From: Octopus vulgaris
Taxonomy: Eukaryota
Direction: 5' to 3'
Assembly: GCA_951406725.2 (NCBI GenBank)
Contig: OX597817.1
Span: forward strand, 104,098,001 to 104,162,000
DNA length: 64,000 nucleotides
Positions 52,175 to 64,000 of the stretch are shown here, piece after piece; the first letter of the stretch is position 1, and each line of letters opens with the position of its first letter. A program made the position numbers and the translations under genes. The notes under the pieces are model-generated. The model had not been told where the DNA came from, did no database searches, and saw only the letters and a program-made list of their open reading frames with translations.

Positions 52175-52649
52175 TTCCTAAACAGAAACTCTGAGATATA
52201 AATATTCCAAAATACCTGCAGTGAATATGATTTTACAATATAAAAACTGAATACTTCTTTGCAATCCCAGAATTCAATATCATTAGGGTCTCAGTGAAGA
52301 CATCAACCTCATGAAATATACAAGTCCATGTGACAGAACCTATCCTACATCTTACTGGCAACCAATAACTTAAATATCAACCATATTTAATTTGGTGAAG
52401 AACTGGATCAACTTGAAGGAATAGAATTGGCGTCAACTGCACGAATTTTGTCAATGTTTACAGAATTAGATTTCTCTCACTGAGAAATTTATTTACATGT
52501 AACTGTAACAAGAATAGTGGTTGACATTTTTCATTGATAGCCAATGGTATTGCCAAAACAGTCATTTCATTACCACTGCTGTGCCTAGGCTGTTTCCAGA
52601 AGCGAGTACCTAATCCCATCTACACTCACCACTTCTCCATTCATATATG

Positions 52650-53015
52650 GAAGCACTCCGTCGGTTACGACGATGAGGGTTCCGGTTGATCCCAATCAAC
52701 GGAACAGCCTGCTCGTGAAATTAACGTGTAAGTGGCTGAGCACTCCACAGACACGTGCACCCTTAATGTAGTTCTCGGGGATATTCAGCGTGACACAGAG
52801 AGCGACAAGGCTGGCCCCTTGAAATACAGGTACAACAGAAACAGGAAGTAAGAGTGAAAGAAAGTTGTGGTGAAAGAGTACAGCAGGGATCACCACCATC
52901 CCCTGCTGGAGCCTCGTGGAGCTTTTAGGTGTTTTCGCTCAATAAACACTCACAACGCCCGGTCTGGGAATCAAAACCGCGAGTCCACTGCCCTAACCAC
53001 TGGGCCATTGCGCCT
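52650..53015 (-). mobile_element. tRNA-derived SINE (related + copy at 63577-63860)
   Basis: Minus head ggaggcgcaatggcccagtggttaggg; body gctgaat.tccc.gagaactac..actcagccacttac shared with the 63.7-kb copy. Confidence 0.8.
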
Positions 53016-54289
53016 CCCCATTCATATATATTCCACAAAGGAAAGAAGACTCATCCTCCATAACTGAAGTGTTAAAGCCACATCTGCTGGTGAAGAGGAT
53101 TGGCCTGCAAGTGTCCTGTGCCGGTGCCTTGTAAAAAGCACTCATGCCAGTGCCATGTAAAAGCACTTATGCTGGTGCCACATGAAGGCACTTGTGCCAG
53201 TCCTATGTTAAAAGTATTCAGCACACACTGTAAAGTGGTTGGTATTAGGAAGGGCACCCAGCCATAGAAACTAGGCCAAATCAGACTGGAACCTAGGGCA
53301 GCTCTGGTCAAACCATCCAATCTATGCCAGCATGGAAAATGGACATTAGATGAAAGACAGGTCAATACTTTCATGACTTCATAGAGCCCCAAGGTCACCA
53401 GTATAATTGCACATATCTGCCTTAGGTTCCCTTTCTCTGAATTTTCTTTATTCCCTTAGCCTCTTTTTAAATAGTCAATAAATGTTCCCAAGAAGGTAGC
53501 AGAGGTTTATTATGATAGTGAACATGGTTTGTTCAAAGCTAGTCTTGCTCTTTCATCCTTCAAACTTATTTATCACCAAAACGAAAATTCAGATGCTCAA
53601 TGTGTATGTGTGAGAGAGAGAGGGAGAGAGAAATCTAGGCTGAAAAGGAAAGATAGTGTCCATGACATTTTTTAGAACCTTTGAGACAGCTGGAAGGAAT
53701 AGAGAAAGTTATCTTGAGACTAGACATCTAGTCTGAATGCTTGCTACTGAGGAAACTCTGCTAAAGGCATCCATATTCCAGTAGGTATCATTAAACCAAA
53801 TGATGACTCAAAGTCTGCCTCCATGATGAGCATAATCAAAACCATTAAGATCTACAAATGATAGATAATTTTTATGTTAATAAAAATTGCTTTTGAAATA
53901 AATCAAAAGAACACAAAAACTTTTTCTTTATTATGTTTTTTTTTCTTTTAATATAATTGTCACCATTTTTTTTAGTTGCTTGTCAATATCTCACTTTTTA
54001 TATTGGATGTTATTGCTTTTGCAATGGTTTATGCATTTGGATTACTGTATATTTTAAATTTTGCTGCTTCAAAAGTATTTAGTTGGTGTAATTAAAAAAT
54101 TAATACACACAGAGAAGATAATAGCAATAGATTCAGATTTGTAGATAACGGCACAACTGTCATTTCATAATGGTCAAATCTCCTTCACAAAAATCTAACA
54201 ATTGATGTAGGTAATATCAACACAATAGACAGTACAAGAGAAAAACATGACATCTTTCAACAGTTATAACTTTATTTTGGTGCATGAAC

Positions 54290-54900
54290 TTATTCTGTAC
54301 AGTGCTCAGGTGCACTACAAACTCATCAGAAAAAGTAACCAAAACTGCATGAACAGTACATAGAACAGTGAAAAATCTTAAAAGAAAAAGAAGAAATGAG
54401 AGTGGGGAGCATCAGGTGTACTATTGATGAATTTCAGGAAGCATGGAAGTTTTGGAGGCTGTAGTGTCTCACCAGCTAACAACTGATGCAGGTAGTTTAT
54501 TCCATACTTCAGAATTCTGAGCATGAAAAAATGTTTCTGGAAGTCATGGGTGCTGTGTTGTCTTTTGAATTTGTAAGCATCTCCATAAGTGTTAGGCATA
54601 TGAAATTCAAAAAGATGCCCAAGGTTGTTGGAAAGATGGTTGATAATATTGTGGGTGTCTCCCAAGTCAGTTGCCAGATGTCAGAGCTTTAATGTGTTCA
54701 TGCCCAGGGAAGCAAGACATTCAGAGGATGGCAGATGTGACAGAATGTTTTATTCTTTTATTAATTTCAGTTATCAGACTTGTTGGGGTACCCTGTCAAC
54801 AATTTCGGGAGGTATCAAATATTTCAGGGAAACATTCTGCCTGCTGAATACATATACTGTAAGGTCTCATGTATGTAATATAGTGAATGGATAAACCCTG
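54290..54900 (-). mobile_element. CR1-like LINE 3' fragment
   Basis: HFFMLRI..WNKLPASVV motif; aataaag near 54270. Confidence 0.65.
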
Positions 54901-57900
54901 GTTATTGAAATTATCTAAACAATTTGTAGTCAAATATGGCAAGGTCTCTCCTTCTCTCTCTCTCTCTCTCTCTCTCTCCTTCTCCCCCCCTCTCTCTATC
55001 TATCTATCTCTTTCTGCAAGACATATATATTATGAGTTGAAAAAATTCGATCAATGGGATTATCCAAGAATTAGTAGATAAAAATTCCTGGGTGTGTGTA
55101 AAATTTGAAAATAAGCAAGGGAGGTAATTCCAATTAGATTTGGGAAACTGAATAACCTAGGTCATGCAGATCAACATCACTGTATTTCCTCTATTTCTAT
55201 GTGTATATCATTATTAGTCTTGTCAACTGACTAGAGTATTCTTCACTGAGAAGATCTTATAAGACTGAAGAATGTCCATTGTTTTCACATAGCTTTAAAG
55301 ACCAGATCCATTATAATCCTCATTGTATTGTCTGAAAACTTTGATCAACTGATCTTCTTGGAATTATTTACCTTGTTTCTTTTTTTTTGTGTTTGTTTTG
55401 TGCTTTAGATTTTTAAATATCTTAAATGGAGTTTTGTCTACTAATTGTTTTGATAATTTCAGTTGATTGAAGCTTTTCATCTCCCATCTCTTAATATTTC
55501 ATATATAACACCCTCCTATATTTAAAAATCATGGATTTGTGTATTCAAGTTGTTTCTATCAGGAATCACATGATGTAAATGCACAATGTACCCTCAATAC
55601 TCTTCTGTTTAGTAATGTTAGAAAAATCAGTTTTATAATTTAACAAAATTAATGTAAATTTTATTGTGCATATCCTAGTTTGTTTACATACATTTTAAAC
55701 TTATACTGAAACCTAATATGTTGTTGTTTAGACACAGGTGTGCTTTTAGAAGTTGTTCTAGTCATAGCCATTTGTATATTCATATTCTGTCCTGTTGTGA
55801 AACTAGAACCCTTGTAGTTAGACTTTACAGACCTTTTGGCAAATTGGAAGGTGAATTGAAGTGACTGGTCAAATCTTTTTTACCAAAGACTCATCAGCAT
55901 TCATTTACCCTTTTTTCCAATCTGCTACAGTAAAAAAGAGTAAAATTACTTATAGAAAATATTTTAAAATAAAATAAAACAGAGCAGTTCAACTTCATTT
56001 ACACTATAATACAAGGTTGATAAGAGAACAGTCTGAGCTAGAGCACCAATGCAGTGTGGGCTATGAATAACTATGTATGCAATTATCATCACCATACTGC
56101 TACTGGTGATCTAATAACACCAAGGAAGCTATGTTTCCAAAGTGTCACTGTTTTTGTCCAGTGGTATAATACAGGATTTGAATTGAGAACACACATGGCT
56201 AGCAACACCCTAACTATTACACTAGTATGGACCGATACTATATGTAGTGACCCACAAAAAAGATAAAATGACAAGCTACGTAAAAAGATAAAATGCTGAG
56301 CTACATAAAGAGCACCTGTGCTGGTGCCACAAAGAAAGCACCCATGCTGGTGCCACACAAAATGTATCTTTGCCAAACCACATAAAAAGCACCTGTGCTG
56401 GCACCACATAAATTTCACCCATACTGGCATCACATAAAATGCATTTATGTTGGACAGCCACGTAAAAAGCACCTGCACCAGTGCCATGTAAAAACACCCA
56501 GCACACTCTGTAAGGCAGTTGGTGTTAGGAGGGGCATCCAGCTTCCTAACACTGGCTTGCCAGCTCTGGTCAAACTGTCCAACCCATGCCAGCATGGAAA
56601 ATGGATGTTAAGGATGATGAATGCAGAATGAGAAGAAACACAGTTAAGCATTCTAGTCAATGCTTTAACTATTTTGTCAGTTGGTCCTGAGAAATATGTG
56701 CTGTGGTTAAACACATGATTTTCATGTGTTCTATTTGCAAAATCCTTCTTCATGAACTCAACTTTGTAAGATTTTAAGTGTGAAAAAAATGCACTTTGAC
56801 TCAAGAATACATATTTGCACAAATTTTGGAGAATTCTCACTGAGAATGTCTTCAAATTATTGACTCCTTTATTATCAATCTAATCTGAATATTATCTAGC
56901 ATTACTTTATACCCTTTCATTACCACTGTAAACTGAGGACTAACAAGTTTCTTTTTTTCCAGTTTCTAACACTGAATGAATAAATAAATAAAAGTTTTTA
57001 AGCATACTATTTAAATGACTTTGCTTCAGCCTGAAGGTCTCCCTCAACTGCATAGATGCATAGATAATATTCTATTTGAATTCATCTCACTGACTCCAAA
57101 CATTTCTCTAACACCTCATCCCAAATATATACCTGTCTTACTCTCACTCCCTTATAGATAAGAAAGCCACTGCTTTTTCATATTACCTGGTCGCAAAGCG
57201 TATAAAAAATTTCAAAATCCTTTCAAATAAGCCAGTTATGCTCATTACATTAGATCTTTGCTAATATTAATTTCATAGCTTTTTGAGATGAGCTGAAAGA
57301 GAAGGATCTTTTTCTTTTTTCACCCCTTTATAAAATACTGTTGACTGTCAAAGTCTTTTTACATTTCAATGCTTTTAACAAACCTTTGGTATTATAGACA
57401 ACAAAGCTACTTGTATGTACCTCCTATATGTAACAGAAAGCTTCTTTATTGGGACCAACATCAAGATTCTTTCAGCAAATCAAAATTGCTTCCTGAATTT
57501 TAGATACAAAATGAGTAAATGATTGATTCCCTTGAAGAAAGAACGAAATTTGTAAAAATGGTAATCTACCTCATTACATTTCTCAGATGACGATCTTGGC
57601 ACTGAGACTAGGGAGTTATACTTAGCTGTTACTTGCAACCGAATGTAACCTAGTGGCTTTTACTATGCTTTCACTCTTTGCTTTAGGTGCTTATGTTGTC
57701 ATGAATAGACATAAGCATTCTCTCAGCCCTCTTTCATTTGACCCAGTGGAACATCAAGTAAGTAACTAAAGAGAGAGAGAGAACTGAACTAGCCGTCAGC
57801 TGGTACTCATTCTTGCCTGAATAGACTGAGGCAATGTGAAATGAAGTGCCTTTCTCCTAGAATTGAACCCATGACCTTTCAGATGCAACCCTAGCACCTT

Positions 57901-58329
57901 AGTCACTAGACCAAACATTTTCAAAGGAACATATATTGTATTAAATTAAGAACAGGCTTTAAAGTTTAGTATTAAAAGCAGTAGCTGTACAGGCTTAATC
58001 ATCCATAACTATTCAGGTGATGCTTGAATGGCAAAGAAAAAAGAAATGAAATTAAAGTTGTTTGTGTGACTTTCATTCAATGCACCTGTCGTCCATGACC
58101 TAAATATACATGTATGTATGTGCGTGGGTGCTATTTGAATGTAAGTAAATATGTTCGTATGTACACATGTACACACACACACGCATGCATACTAACAGAC
58201 AGACATACATACGTACCTTTGCATATAATTTATTTGATGACCCATGTAGGCATATTCTTTCACCTCTTCAAATTTATCCCTTCCTACCACTATTTGTCCT
58301 TGTGTTACATTTTCAGACCATATGTATTT

Positions 58330-58600
58330 TTTTTCATTCTCTTTATTTTGAGGTCTACTGTTGAACTCTGGATGTCCAGCTCTGTCAGCATGGTCTGCTA
58401 ATGATCTGCAATTTCTGTGATAAGCACAATGTCATCTGCACAATGGAGGTGTATTAGTGGCTCATTGTTGAAGCTGATGTCAATTTTTCAATCAATATCC
58501 CTGATGACCTTTCAAGACATTCAGTGAAGAGCTATGGAGAGATGGTATCTCCTTGTTTGGTACACTTTTCAACTGAAACTCTTACAAGTAAGGACAACAC
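58330..58600 (-). mobile_element. RTE-like RT fragment
   Basis: KQGDTISP*LF and HLHCADDIVLI on -. Confidence 0.65.
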
Positions 58601-58985
58601 TTACCAGAAAAGTATGATGTGTTGTGTGTCAAGTTTTCGCATCTGTGCAATATTCATGAATATTTATTTACTTTCTACATTGATTTAGTGTAGTCTCTTT
58701 TATTTTAAGACTATGATATCACATGAGAAACATATGGCTATACTTCTAGCTGACTGAGCAACCACACTGAGCTCCCTCAGTAACTTATAACAATTCAACA
58801 GCCATTTTCCAAATATATTTTAGATATTTTGTAAACTGATATGTTTCTTTCTCAAACACCTAAACTTTTGAGAGCTGAATATTAAATTATATTAAATTAA
58901 CTTTGAAGAATTATGCGGATGCATTTCATTGTTCTTTTTCTATACTCACTCCTTTAATTCCATAAGGGCACTTTGAAGTAAAACT

Positions 58986-59025
58986 TAAAAAACAGACACA
59001 GAATTATATTTTTAACACTTTTATT
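58986..59025 (-). terminator. Candidate polyadenylation signal of the SLC16-like gene
   Basis: AATAAA on - at 59020-59025 followed ~20 nt later by GU/U-rich tgtgtctgtttttt. Confidence 0.5.
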
Positions 59026-59154
59026 ACAATATAGTAATATGGAACAAAGTGAACCATCTGCTTAGAAATAAAAGGTATATAAAAAGGAAAGATAAAATCA
59101 ATGATCTTTAATTAAAAATTGCTGACCAAAATATAGATGCCAAAGCAATAGGCA

Positions 59155-59169
59155 TATATGTGCGTGTGT

Positions 59170-59200
<31 letters not shown>

Positions 59201-59255
59201 CACACACACATTTATGTACACACACACATATATATATATGTATGTATATACTCAT

Positions 59256-59294
<39 letters not shown>

Positions 59295-59352
59295 CATACA
59301 TATATTAACATATATATATACATCTATATATGTGTATATATATCTATATATA
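59155..59352. repeat. Compound (TA)/(CA) microsatellite
   Basis: Direct. Confidence 0.93.
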
Positions 59353-59841
59353 TTGCTTACTCAGGATGAAGAGCAGGGCCTATGACCCTTTTCAGAGCCT
59401 CCTAGACTGGTGGGAATGGGGAAGACCTCTTCAAATGAGAGACCTGACCTAAATGCTTGCAACAGAGTGGTGGACTCTGCTAAAGGCACACAAGGACCCA
59501 GTGGTGGTAGTGTTAAATCGGATGACATATTAATTGTACCATCTATGTAGGCCACGGCAAGATTTGAACTCAGAACTCAACAATTAAAAAAAAATACCAC
59601 AATGTCTGATGATCTAATAGTTCTGATAATCCACAATCCTTGATTAGTTCTATAATTATTAACCCTGGAAGAATGAAAACTAAAGATGGTCTCAGCAAGG
59701 TGTCAACTCAGAATGTAAGGTGCTAGAATAAATACCATAAGGTATTTCATCCAATACCCTAACAACCCTGCCAATTCACCATCCCTACAGACATGTTTAA
59801 ATGTTTTCACACTCATGTATATATTTATATAAGTATATACA

Positions 59842-59872
<31 letters not shown>

Positions 59873-60171
59873 ATGTATTTACACAAGATATTTGGCTTTG
59901 ATAATACATATCTTACACATATGTTTATAAATATATATATAGAGTGGTATATGTATACATAAACATATGTAGAATCATATCATACAAGGGACTCTGAGCT
60001 AAATGAATAATGTATTGATAGCAAAATATGAGAAACTCCATGATTGAAATTAATGTTTGGTGAATATAAATTGATAAAGTTTTCTTGCATGACCTGAGAA
60101 ATATTTCCTGCTTTAGTGGGACTAAGTGAATGAATGACGTAATTATAAAATTAGTCATATCTGTAAAATGA

Positions 60172-60401
60172 TCACAATTCTTCGTGATTAGAATCAATAT
60201 CTGTTAAGCTAACAACAATTTGTGGAGGTGTACTGTTCAGTGGCGGTGCATCTGACACTAGTTCAGTCATCACATGTTGCTTTTTCTTTTTGTATTGTTT
60301 TAAAAATGGTATAATATATAACAAAAGACCACCCCCAGCCAATGTAATTCCAGCTAGGTAAAAAGAGAAGTCATAGTTCTTTGTTTCATCGTACAGCCAT
60401 C
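60172..60401 (-). CDS. Monocarboxylate transporter (SLC16/MCT, MFS) terminal coding exon; upstream exons not found in the window
   Basis: Acceptor ttttatttttt.atttcag|GA; GWLYDETKNYDFSFYLAG + TM12 is the typical MCT G.L.D....Y...F..AG motif; stop at 60172. Confidence 0.85.
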
Positions 60402-62267
60402 CTGAAATCAAAAAATAAAAAAATCTTTTAAAACTGATTTGTTAAAAGAAAATTTTAAACATATACTTAAGTCCAGCAATTATTATATCATGTTTAATTA
60501 TATTAGCTGCAAGTTGAATTTCATCTATAAATAAGATATGGAGCCAAAACAAAATTTTCTGTGGTTGTTTGACTTCCTATGTTTGCAGAAGGCCAAACAA
60601 GTGCATAGAGAGTATGCAAACATAACATGCAAACTTTCTTCAAAATATACTTTATTACATTAAGCACGGCTGTGTGGTAAAAAGCTTGCTTTCCAAACAT
60701 GTTTCCAGGTTCAATCCCACTGCATGGTACCTTGATCAACCAAAGCCTTGTGAGTGGATTTGGTAGACAGAAACTGAAAGAATCCCATCCTATATGTGTG
60801 TGTGTGTGTGATGTGTTTGTGACTTTGTGTCAGTGTTTGTCCTCCATCATTGCATGACAACTAGTGTTAGTGTGTTTACATCCCGATAACTTAGTGGTCC
60901 TGCAAAAGAGACCAATAGAATAAAAAAATATCCTGGGGTTGATTCGTTTGGCTAAAACCCTTCAAAAACCCACCATGGCTGCAGTCAGATGACTGAAACA
61001 AGTAAAAGATAAAACATAAAAAGATATTAAAGAAAATGGAAGTTTAATGTAATCCATTCTCTGGGGCAAGGGAGAAAAAAAAATACCTAGGATGATTACT
61101 GCTGCATTGCCTTTGATCATATATCTGCTCACTTAGTTAGAACTTATCTGGGAGTTAGATAGCAATAACTTTCTATGTGAGATTGTTCTAAAATTAAGTT
61201 TAAAACCAAAATACATTATTTTGTCACAAACTGTGAAATAAACTTCTGAAATTTGAAATCTGTTTTTTGTTAATTTTTTTATTTATTTGAACTTTTCAAT
61301 AACTATAAAAGTTCTCTCCTCCTCTTCTTTGTAAGACTTCCGCCAGTCATATACTGCATGTATATCTGCCTGCCTGGCCAAGGTTTTATGTAGAAGACTT
61401 GGTAATTGTTCATGCAAGAAAATCTGCCATCTTTACAGCCACCAGTACAATTTGGCACCAATGTCATCACAGGTATTGCTCCTCTTCAGAATAGAAAGGA
61501 CCAAAAGACAGCTCATCTGATGCTCTGATAGTTTTGCCAATCTACCACTTTGGATTGGTACTGTTTCTTCATAATCCCCCCAAAATGAAAGGTAAAGTTG
61601 ATGTTAGTGGGATTTGAACTTAGAATATTAGGACATATTCTAGAAGGCATTCTAGTACTCTAACAATTCAGTCTTCTATAAAGACTCAAAAAATTAACTA
61701 GCAGTTAGTTATGAATTCGAAAGTAGGGATGAATCTGAAATGAATATTCACTTTGAATATCTTTATAACAATTCATTATGTCATATATTCTATAAAAAAT
61801 GTTAGATTTGACTTCAGAATTTTGGGAAAAGGATTGAGGTGCATGAAAGAATGCTGTGTTGTAAAGTCTAAGGAATAAACAATAAAAACTTCCAGAGAGA
61901 TAACAACCTTCAAAAATAAAAATTCTTCTCTTAGAAAATTGAATGGGTTGAGCAAAGTTTATTAAGATAGAATTTCTATGCCCAGATGCCCTTCTTATCA
62001 CCAGCACTCATTTCCAAGCAAGGTAATATTTCTCCATCGTCAGACATGTTCTTGTGGAATATTGAAAACGAATGGCACTGCTAGTCTGTGAGTGACACTC
62101 GCTTTTACAACTATCACACAATGTCTCCAATGATGAATGAGTACTCTTCATTAATTTAAAATTTAAATAAAATTTTTCAAGCAAATTATTTTAAAATGGC
62201 AAAAAAATCTGCCATCTTCACAACCACCACTACAATTTGGCACCAGTGTCATTACAGATGTTTCTAC

Positions 62268-62555
62268 TTAAAACAAATGCATATCCTACAATTTGTTTTG
62301 ATTCATACCACTAGTGAATTTATAAAAAATTCACATTTATGTATATGAATCTCATCAGGGTAATATTTATTTAAAAAATAGACAAAAATTTAATGCAAGG
62401 ACTTTGCGTGGAATTTTTGTCTATTTTTTAAACAAATATTACCCTGGTCTATTTTTTAGACAAATTGACGAAATTCATATACATAAATGTGAATTTTTTA
62501 TAAATTCACTAGTGATATGAATTGAAACAAATTGTAGGATATATATTTGTTTTAA
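62268..62555. mobile_element. AT-rich palindromic MITE-like element
   Basis: atatcctacaatttgttt..cactagtgaatttataaaaaattcacatttatgtatatgaat mirrored on the right; inner arms aaatagacaaaaatt/aatttttgtctattt; TTAA at both ends. Confidence 0.8.
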
Positions 62556-64000
62556 TTATTTGTTGTATCATATCATATATTATATCTTGTTATAGTATAA
62601 TTATATTATACTAGCTGGACCCTTGAAAACTTCACAGAAAACATAAAAAATGTAAGCATCTGTAAATTGTGTGCTGGAGCCATGAGAAATGTTTCTATAT
62701 TGTGACAGTTACAGAATATAGAAAGACGTGTAAAACCGATAACTATATAATCCAACCAAAATATCTCAGTCTATTTAGCCTTAAAATACATCATACATAT
62801 TCAAAGAACCTTCTTGGTTTAGTGGTACGGAATGTTCTTCTGGTATTCTTTTATTCTTTTATTTGTTCCAGTTAATTGACAGTGGCCGTGCTGGAGCACT
62901 GCCCTTTAATCGAAGAAGTCAACCCCTGGACTTATTCCCTGTAAGCTTGGTGCTTATTCTATTAGTCTCTTCTGCCAAACAGCTAAGTTACGGAGGTGCA
63001 AGCATACCAACATCAGTTGTCAAGCAATGGTGGTGGTGGGGTCAAACACGAGGCTATAGTAGAAAAAACTCTAGAGTTGAATTTCGTGTAGCCACCTGTT
63101 GGCAACTTTTCTCTCCCACCCATTTTTTAGAGGGTATTACCCAATTTTCTGGGCTCTTTCACACCTGTACCCTGTTTGAAATTTGCATTAGTTTTTGTAT
63201 GAAAAAAACAGAAGGGTAGTGGGGTTTTGTTTGTTGTTTGTAGAGAAAACGTTAAACGTGCCTGAAAAAAACAAGGTCTTTCCCCCCAACTAAAAAGCAT
63301 GAAGAACTATGAAAGAAGGCGAATACATACCGGGGGTAGGAGAAAGAAGAATGAACTAACACTCAAACATTCTAGAACTCCCAGAATAAAAATGTAAACA
63401 CTTGAAAGACTTTCCCTCTATTCCTTACTAAATGTCTTTCCCACCTCTTCATTATTGAAAGTAAAGAAGCTGGAAAAGATCGAACGTATTTCAGTCTAAT
63501 TGTCATTGTAAATGACTGATGCTTTCCTTTTTCTGTCTCTATCGCTTCACTCCTTTTCTCTACGATTAAGAGAGTGAAGGTGCTTGGCTCAGTGGTTTAA
63601 GAGACTGAAGGTGTTTGGCTCAGTGTGTTCTTAAGCAAAGTACTCTACATCACCTTGCTACAGTCTACTCAGCTGTCAAAAACGAGTTGTAGCTATAACT
63701 CAAAGGAGCCAGCCTTATCCCATTCTGTGTGAGGCTGAATCTCCCTGAGAACTACGTTATATCTGTGGAGTACTCAGCCACTTACGCATTAATTTTATGA
63801 GCAGACTGTTCCATTGATCAGATAGACAGGAACCTCATCATCGCAAGTGACAGAGTGCCATTTTTTAAAAAAGAGTGAAAGAAAAGGAAATATTCCATAT
63901 CATAAGGCAAAAATGTCATGTTTAATATAAGCAGTGAAAGCTAAGATGAAATAATTGCTTTTCTGTCATGTATTCACCCTCGACTCACACTCAGTTTGAC

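Noticed and set aside
55860-55900. Other CUGANGA-plus-hairpin hammerhead candidates (also ~54300, ~62350, ~12503)
   Set aside because: No GAAA after stem II or no stem II

Overview
AT-rich, microsatellite-rich eukaryotic DNA. The SINE families look like those of Octopus (coleoid cephalopod); this is by recognition, not a database search. Most of the window is nested, decayed transposable elements: CR1/L2, Tx1/L1, RTE, CRE and R4/Dong-like LINEs, a Gypsy-type LTR fragment, mariner/DD37D/hAT remnants, Helitrons, MITEs and tRNA-derived SINEs. Two host genes are supported. The first is a two-exon, divergent and enlarged Mss4/RABIF-like gene on + (37157-37261 joined to 42508-42957), not visible as such in the ORF track. 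The second is the last coding exon and 3' UTR of a convergent SLC16/MCT-type transporter on - (60172-60401). The most unusual observations are: head-to-tail ORF1(gag)-only retroelements with a shared 3' tail (17.1-20.35 kb); a minimal hammerhead-ribozyme core in a ~313-bp direct repeat (12.2 kb); a CRE-type element with a twin-priming-like inversion (8.0-9.0 kb); two GG...CC foldback elements with 8-bp TSDs, one carrying telomere-like repeats; and an apparent switch to CpG depletion downstream of ~39 kb. Boundaries of decayed elements are approximate and were read by eye.
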